64,000 nt of DNA from Candidatus Bathyarchaeia archaeon (GTDB lineage: Archaea > Thermoproteota > Bathyarchaeia > Bathyarchaeales > Bathycorpusculaceae): contig JBEKTQ010000009.1 of the NCBI GenBank assembly GCA_049515895.1, positions 38,720-102,719 of the forward strand. Direction: 5' to 3'. How positions within the stretch are numbered: the first letter of the stretch is position 1; the number at the start of each line of letters is the position of its first letter. The position numbers were made by a program, and so were the translations under genes. Positions 60,801 through 64,000 of this stretch are shown piece by piece. The notes beneath the pieces are model-generated. The model ran no database searches. It saw only the letters and a list, made by a program, of their open reading frames with translations, and was not told the origin of the DNA.

Positions 60801-62017
60801 ATAATGACTTGCTCAACTATGCGGGTCCCTACGAGGTCTATGTGACAGGGATCTCCTACGTTGGTTTCCCCACGACCACCGCGCTCTCTGCCCAGCAAGC
60901 CTTCTCGATACAGCCGTACATGTACCTCTCAAACCAGCAAATCACCACGTTCCAGCAGAGTTCAGGGCTAGCGTTAAGCGGGGTCAACGTGACAACATCG
61001 GTCAACCTACCAAACGATATCTTCATTGGCTCAAACTGGTTCACTTCAGGCACAACCATCATCTCAGACTCGTTTGTAAATGGAACCATCTTTGCAAGCG
61101 GCACCAACCTAACCCTTTGGAGTGTGCAGGGTGGCAACATTGTCGCTTTAAACAGCAGCATTAACTTAGTCAACACTAACCTAAACTCCCTTACTCTTGT
61201 CAACTCGAACCTTTCTTTGACATCATCAAGCTATCAGAGTATCTCCCCCTCTTCACCGATAATCCAGATTCTTTCACCCGCCAACGATGGCAGCTACACT
61301 GGCAACGTATCCGGAAGCGTAACCGTCTCTGGAAACAGCATTGGCTCCATCGTAGTTTACCTTAACTATCAGCCGATCGAAACGTTCGGCAACAACGGAA
61401 CTCTTAGCTTCAATGTAAACAGCGCCAATTATGCTGACGGTGGCTACTCGTTACTGATAGTGGCAACCCAGACCGACGGCGTCAGCTCCGGCGCCAACTC
61501 GACGGTTTACTTCCAGAACCAATTAAACTCAGAAATTTCCAGCCAGCAAAACACCTTGAGCTCCCTTCAGTCTCAGCAAAGTCAGATCAATAGTCTTACA
61601 AGTAGCCTTCAGTCTCAGCAAAGTCAGGCCAATGGTCTTGCAAGTAGCTTGAACAGCTTAAAGTCGTCTCAGGCGTATGAACAGAACCAGATTAACAGTT
61701 TGGGAGGAGACCTAAATAGTCTCAATTCTTCTGAAACATCACTGCAAAACCAGACCAGCAGTCTCGGGAATAGCCTGAACGCTTCCCAAGCCGCATTGCA
61801 AAACCAAGTCAGCAGTCTCAAGGCCAGCCTGAACAGAGCATACGACTACGCCTATGCAGGAATCGGAATAGGCGTGGCGGGAGTCGCTGTCGCTGCCGTG
61901 GCAATCTTGTGGAAGCGCTCAAAGAGTTCGCCTCTACCTTCTCCAACTCCAGAACCGGTTTCCTCGTCCAAAACGAAAGAGACAGAAGGGGAAACTCCTC
62001 TCAAAAGTGGTACTTAA
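57803..62017 (+). CDS. S53 (sedolisin/kumamolisin-like) protease with pro-domain, coiled-coil stalk and C-terminal TM anchor
   Basis: Pro-domain DPSSPLFRHFLT; EVSLDVE (Glu/Asp), STGDGG, GGTSES (Ser), GYNLATGWGSP. Confidence 0.92.
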   Translation: MKGLVVSLMLLLLAVASVSSVLGASSYVADSSSNAPQPLSGYVLQGQAPGDLPVLVNIAIPLRNEGLLSSMVEQVSDPSSPLFRHFLTHTQIQQEFLPTNACNSMLAYLKSVGLQVVKQSMDSMIIVQANAAQVNQYLGARVNIYSNGTDSYYVTCGGSLFEGAYFVASNATALMVQPHVATSPAPQANANVTFSEGAFSAMALQAVYNATSLYAQGYRGEGQTIGLLEFFGSPTINQDLQLFDAQFGFSNPSFFVTPIVPYNPNLGVSTGWSTEVSLDVELSHAMAPEAAIDMYVTTGAPSFAYDIAQIVGDDTVTTLSMSFSVAPEWQDSVIGGSLFYFNMFLPDQYFMLGSLEGITFLSSTGDGGGSGYSSGPAGNLGNPDNSPYVTAVGGTQTYFYTQPNGSETSVQTAWSSEGYVPNMVNSGGGGGGVSFVEPKPWYQQSQQTPPSYPNGRMEPDLSLQAGVDPGTYIVDSGSVIPVGGTSESVQLLSGLLTLVAESAGGPLGLINPFLYSLGNNAAAYNKAFTPITFGYNIPWTSSYGYNLATGWGSPNLGEIASLYNTQNLQPNLIVSVGVANSTGGSQLEFTPGQTVQVTASIYNGIQFTPITSGSFTASLDTLNGISQVTPMNFNSTIGFWNASFIMGQQSGVAYVNVNGTSVGISGASFAEIFAGYLATFTSPTPIDPWTTAKGLQVNVTSSDLYGKQAPLQPLTMQVNSYSILNNLYSAQGTVTLEPTSVSGVNATEATLTSPYPAGPIDLMLQGSTYGFLPFTNGIYLQTAVMLPEVAVEPGAIAPGQSLTIVVSPVAPVNVAKMTSYDTGATIGSDVASGSNVDALLINPSGQTVASTSLYFQNSEMVGLLTAPSNAVPGLYTILLQANYGSLTLGYTLNGAFYGQVLVSNGTITPEITLSPSTLYMGQTAQVTADIHYPNGQEVTQGEYTAVIYPYELQNKYTAIIYAEYQNFELTPLLYNPMLNRWTANITLPSPYNAGVLSPINNDLLNYAGPYEVYVTGISYVGFPTTTALSAQQAFSIQPYMYLSNQQITTFQQSSGLALSGVNVTTSVNLPNDIFIGSNWFTSGTTIISDSFVNGTIFASGTNLTLWSVQGGNIVALNSSINLVNTNLNSLTLVNSNLSLTSSSYQSISPSSPIIQILSPANDGSYTGNVSGSVTVSGNSIGSIVVYLNYQPIETFGNNGTLSFNVNSANYADGGYSLLIVATQTDGVSSGANSTVYFQNQLNSEISSQQNTLSSLQSQQSQINSLTSSLQSQQSQANGLASSLNSLKSSQAYEQNQINSLGGDLNSLNSSETSLQNQTSSLGNSLNASQAALQNQVSSLKASLNRAYDYAYAGIGIGVAGVAVAAVAILWKRSKSSPLPSPTPEPVSSSKTKETEGETPLKSGT
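61564..61647 (+). repeat. 2 x 42-bp tandem repeat (two heptads each) in the protease stalk
   Basis: CCTTCAGTCTCAGCAAAGTCAG..CAAT.GTCTT.CAAGTAG twice. Confidence 0.85.
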
Positions 62018-62223
62018 GCAGCGCTAGCATGATTTGCCAGCGTTTTAGATGCGTTTCTAATCTGAGTTTGCGGAGTCGGCTTTGCGATTAACGCTATTAA
62101 ACAACATACCCTCTCTGTATTTTGTTTTGCTTTGTAGGTTTGGTCTCAAACGGCCTTTGTTGGTTGTCGTACCGAAATAAGCCATTTCCAAAATGTTATA
62201 TCCCAAATGAAACATAGGGCTAT

Positions 62224-62829
62224 TTGCGGGGGGTTTTAGTGTATAGAAGCGTACGCGTTCTCCTTTTGATCGTAGTCAGTATCTTGGCTATTATTCCACC
62301 GGTAAGGGCATTTTCAGAGACAATTCCATTATCAGTTAGTTCTGCACTTGATGATCATTCCGTCACAAAAACAGTTGAACTGAATCAGGGCGAGAGAATT
62401 ACTGGAAATTTTACTTTTTCAAATATTCCAGTTTTCAAGGCGGGTGGAGCTTCCAATATGACATACGCACATTTGATTTATTTCTACAATCCAAAGGGAG
62501 ACACAATTTTTACGTATTTTGATATTGACCATGCGTCGTTTGACTATATTGCTTTGTACTCGGGTGTCTACAAGTTTTGGATTAATCTTGAACAAACTAG
62601 TGTTTACCGTGATCCTGCGGAAATTGCAAAAGCCGAGATAACTCTAAATTATAACACAGCCGGACCCATGCCAGTACCCACTCAAAATGGTCAATCGATG
62701 TTTCTAAGTTATCTAATTGTGTCAATAATAGCTGTTATAGTCGTTGTTGGTTGCTTTATAGCGGCATATCATTTTTACCATAAAGAGAAGCGAGGAGCAA
62801 CAGGAACTATTTCTATTTTTGCAATATGA
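62224..62829 (+). CDS. Secreted membrane-anchored protein (GOLD-like beta sandwich possible)
   Basis: Signal peptide, LNQGERITGNF..YNPKG..SGVYKF, C-terminal TM. Confidence 0.6.
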   Translation: MRGVLVYRSVRVLLLIVVSILAIIPPVRAFSETIPLSVSSALDDHSVTKTVELNQGERITGNFTFSNIPVFKAGGASNMTYAHLIYFYNPKGDTIFTYFDIDHASFDYIALYSGVYKFWINLEQTSVYRDPAEIAKAEITLNYNTAGPMPVPTQNGQSMFLSYLIVSIIAVIVVVGCFIAAYHFYHKEKRGATGTISIFAI

Positions 62830-63026
62830 GGTTCAGCAAAACTTGCATTCATCAGGACTTTGCAGTGAGGTTTGTTAACGCTCTGGGAATTAAGGAAGAA
62901 ATGAAAATGCTTCGATGACTTTAGCTTAAACGTGAACTTAACTGAAACCTACTCAGCCTGAATCTCTTCTACTTTGACTTGAAGTATAAAAAAGGGGAAG
63001 AATTGTTTTGTTTTTGCGACTTTAGT

Positions 63027-64000
63027 CTATGGCCGTTTTCTGTTGAGCATCAGCATGATTGCGGCGCCGATTATGATTATCACTATGATGATTGCGATGC
63101 CTATGTATTCGAGTGTAGTTTGTGTGGCGACGCCGCTGAGCGGGGTTGCTGTTGGTGCGGGTGTTGCTGCTGGCGAGCTTACGATCATAGTTGTTTGTGC
63201 ACTGGATAGGAAGTAACCGTTTGTGCCAGCGAATGTTGCCGTAACGGTGTATTTGCCTGGAACATTTGGCGGCGTCCACTGGTAGTTGCATAGTCCATAC
63301 GCGTTGGTTGTGGCTTGGCCGATGGTGATAGTGTTGTTGTTTGGATCGAGAGCGGTCAACGTTACAGTAACGCCTATGAAATTGGTCGGCTCTGCCTGTT
63401 GCTGGTAAACGTAGCCCATCCATGCCTCCATTATAGCGTCAGATGCACATGGAACTCCATTTGGAAAGTTTGCTTTAGGTGCCGTCTGCTGTGTGCCGGC
63501 GGAAGTGTCCATCACTGTACCCTGTATGGCTACGGTTGTTCCGGCTGATATCGAGGTCAACGGTGCCTGTACCGTGGTTGCGCTGGGTCCTCTGCCTACA
63601 GAGTAGATTTGACCGTCGTACCCGTTAAAGAATGTCAAGTAGCCATCTGCAACAGCAAGTGCGGAACCGGTCGCGGCCCACTCGCTTGGGTAGCCTGAAA
63701 GCCTCCATATTTGTTGTCCTGTGGTAGCGTTAATGGCGGCTAATGTTGAACCCACGTAAATTGGGTTGGTTACAGTGTGTTCATCGGTTGCAAGGTATAC
63801 GACTCCATTAGCGACATTTTGTATTTGGGTTGGATAGACACCGTAAGGCCCGTTAAAGCCTGCGTAAGTACTGTTGTTTGGTTGAGATGGTCCACCGTTG
63901 CCCCAGGTGAATATTAGTTTTCCAGTTTGATCGTTATAGGCGTAGCATATTCCGCTGTATGAACAGCTGTAGAGCGTACCGTAAGCAAGGAAGGCTTGCA
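63027..64000 (-). CDS. PQQ-like beta-propeller surface protein (C-terminal part; begins beyond the window)
   Basis: AINATTGQQIW, ADGYL..N.YDGQIYS.G.GPSATTV, C-terminal TM-RKR; the frame appears to continue to the window edge. Confidence 0.85.
   Translation of the reverse strand, partial: QAFLAYGTLYSCSYSGICYAYNDQTGKLIFTWGNGGPSQPNNSTYAGFNGPYGVYPTQIQNVANGVVYLATDEHTVTNPIYVGSTLAAINATTGQQIWRLSGYPSEWAATGSALAVADGYLTFFNGYDGQIYSVGRGPSATTVQAPLTSISAGTTVAIQGTVMDTSAGTQQTAPKANFPNGVPCASDAIMEAWMGYVYQQQAEPTNFIGVTVTLTALDPNNNTITIGQATTNAYGLCNYQWTPPNVPGKYTVTATFAGTNGYFLSSAQTTMIVSSPAATPAPTATPLSGVATQTTLEYIGIAIIIVIIIIGAAIMLMLNRKRP

Noticed and set aside
9657-63548. Numerous antisense/shadow ORFs (e.g. 9657-9998, 23258-23689, 31029-31664, 32579-33052, 53694-54194, 59486-59953, 63022-63423)
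   Set aside because: They lie within or largely overlap well-supported genes on the other strand or frame and lack motifs.

Overview
Archaeal genomic window, most likely Bathyarchaeia. This assignment is an inference from the Alba, Sm-like, RIO2 and NurA/HerA genes, the intron-containing tRNA, the PEF-CTERM-like surface protein and the integrase C-terminal motif. The left ~17 kb is an AT-rich accessory/defence island ending at a tRNA-Leu(CAG)/tRNA-His(GTG) pair. It carries a beta-class DNA methyltransferase, several PD-(D/E)XK nucleases, a TPR-HEPN operon with an unannotated acidic micro-peptide, and an extra Alba. It also contains a run of small genes, most of them preceded by the same ~28-bp promoter-like motif (ATAAGTCTTAAATCTGnAnAGCRTAGAA), and three copies of a ~54-bp intergenic repeat. 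A second ~4-kb element (17.3-21.3 kb) is bounded by an 18-bp duplication of the 5' end of tRNA-His and holds an internally deleted integrase. The remaining ~42 kb looks like core genome: five ABC transporter modules, rio2, Sm, alkA, pyrH, PadR, NUDIX, nurA-herA, DinB, fasciclin, HIT, OsmC, a 1463-aa Cas4-like nuclease/SF1 helicase, beta-propeller proteins and an S53 protease. Several single-base frameshifts may be assembly errors. All domain calls are by eye; no searches were run.
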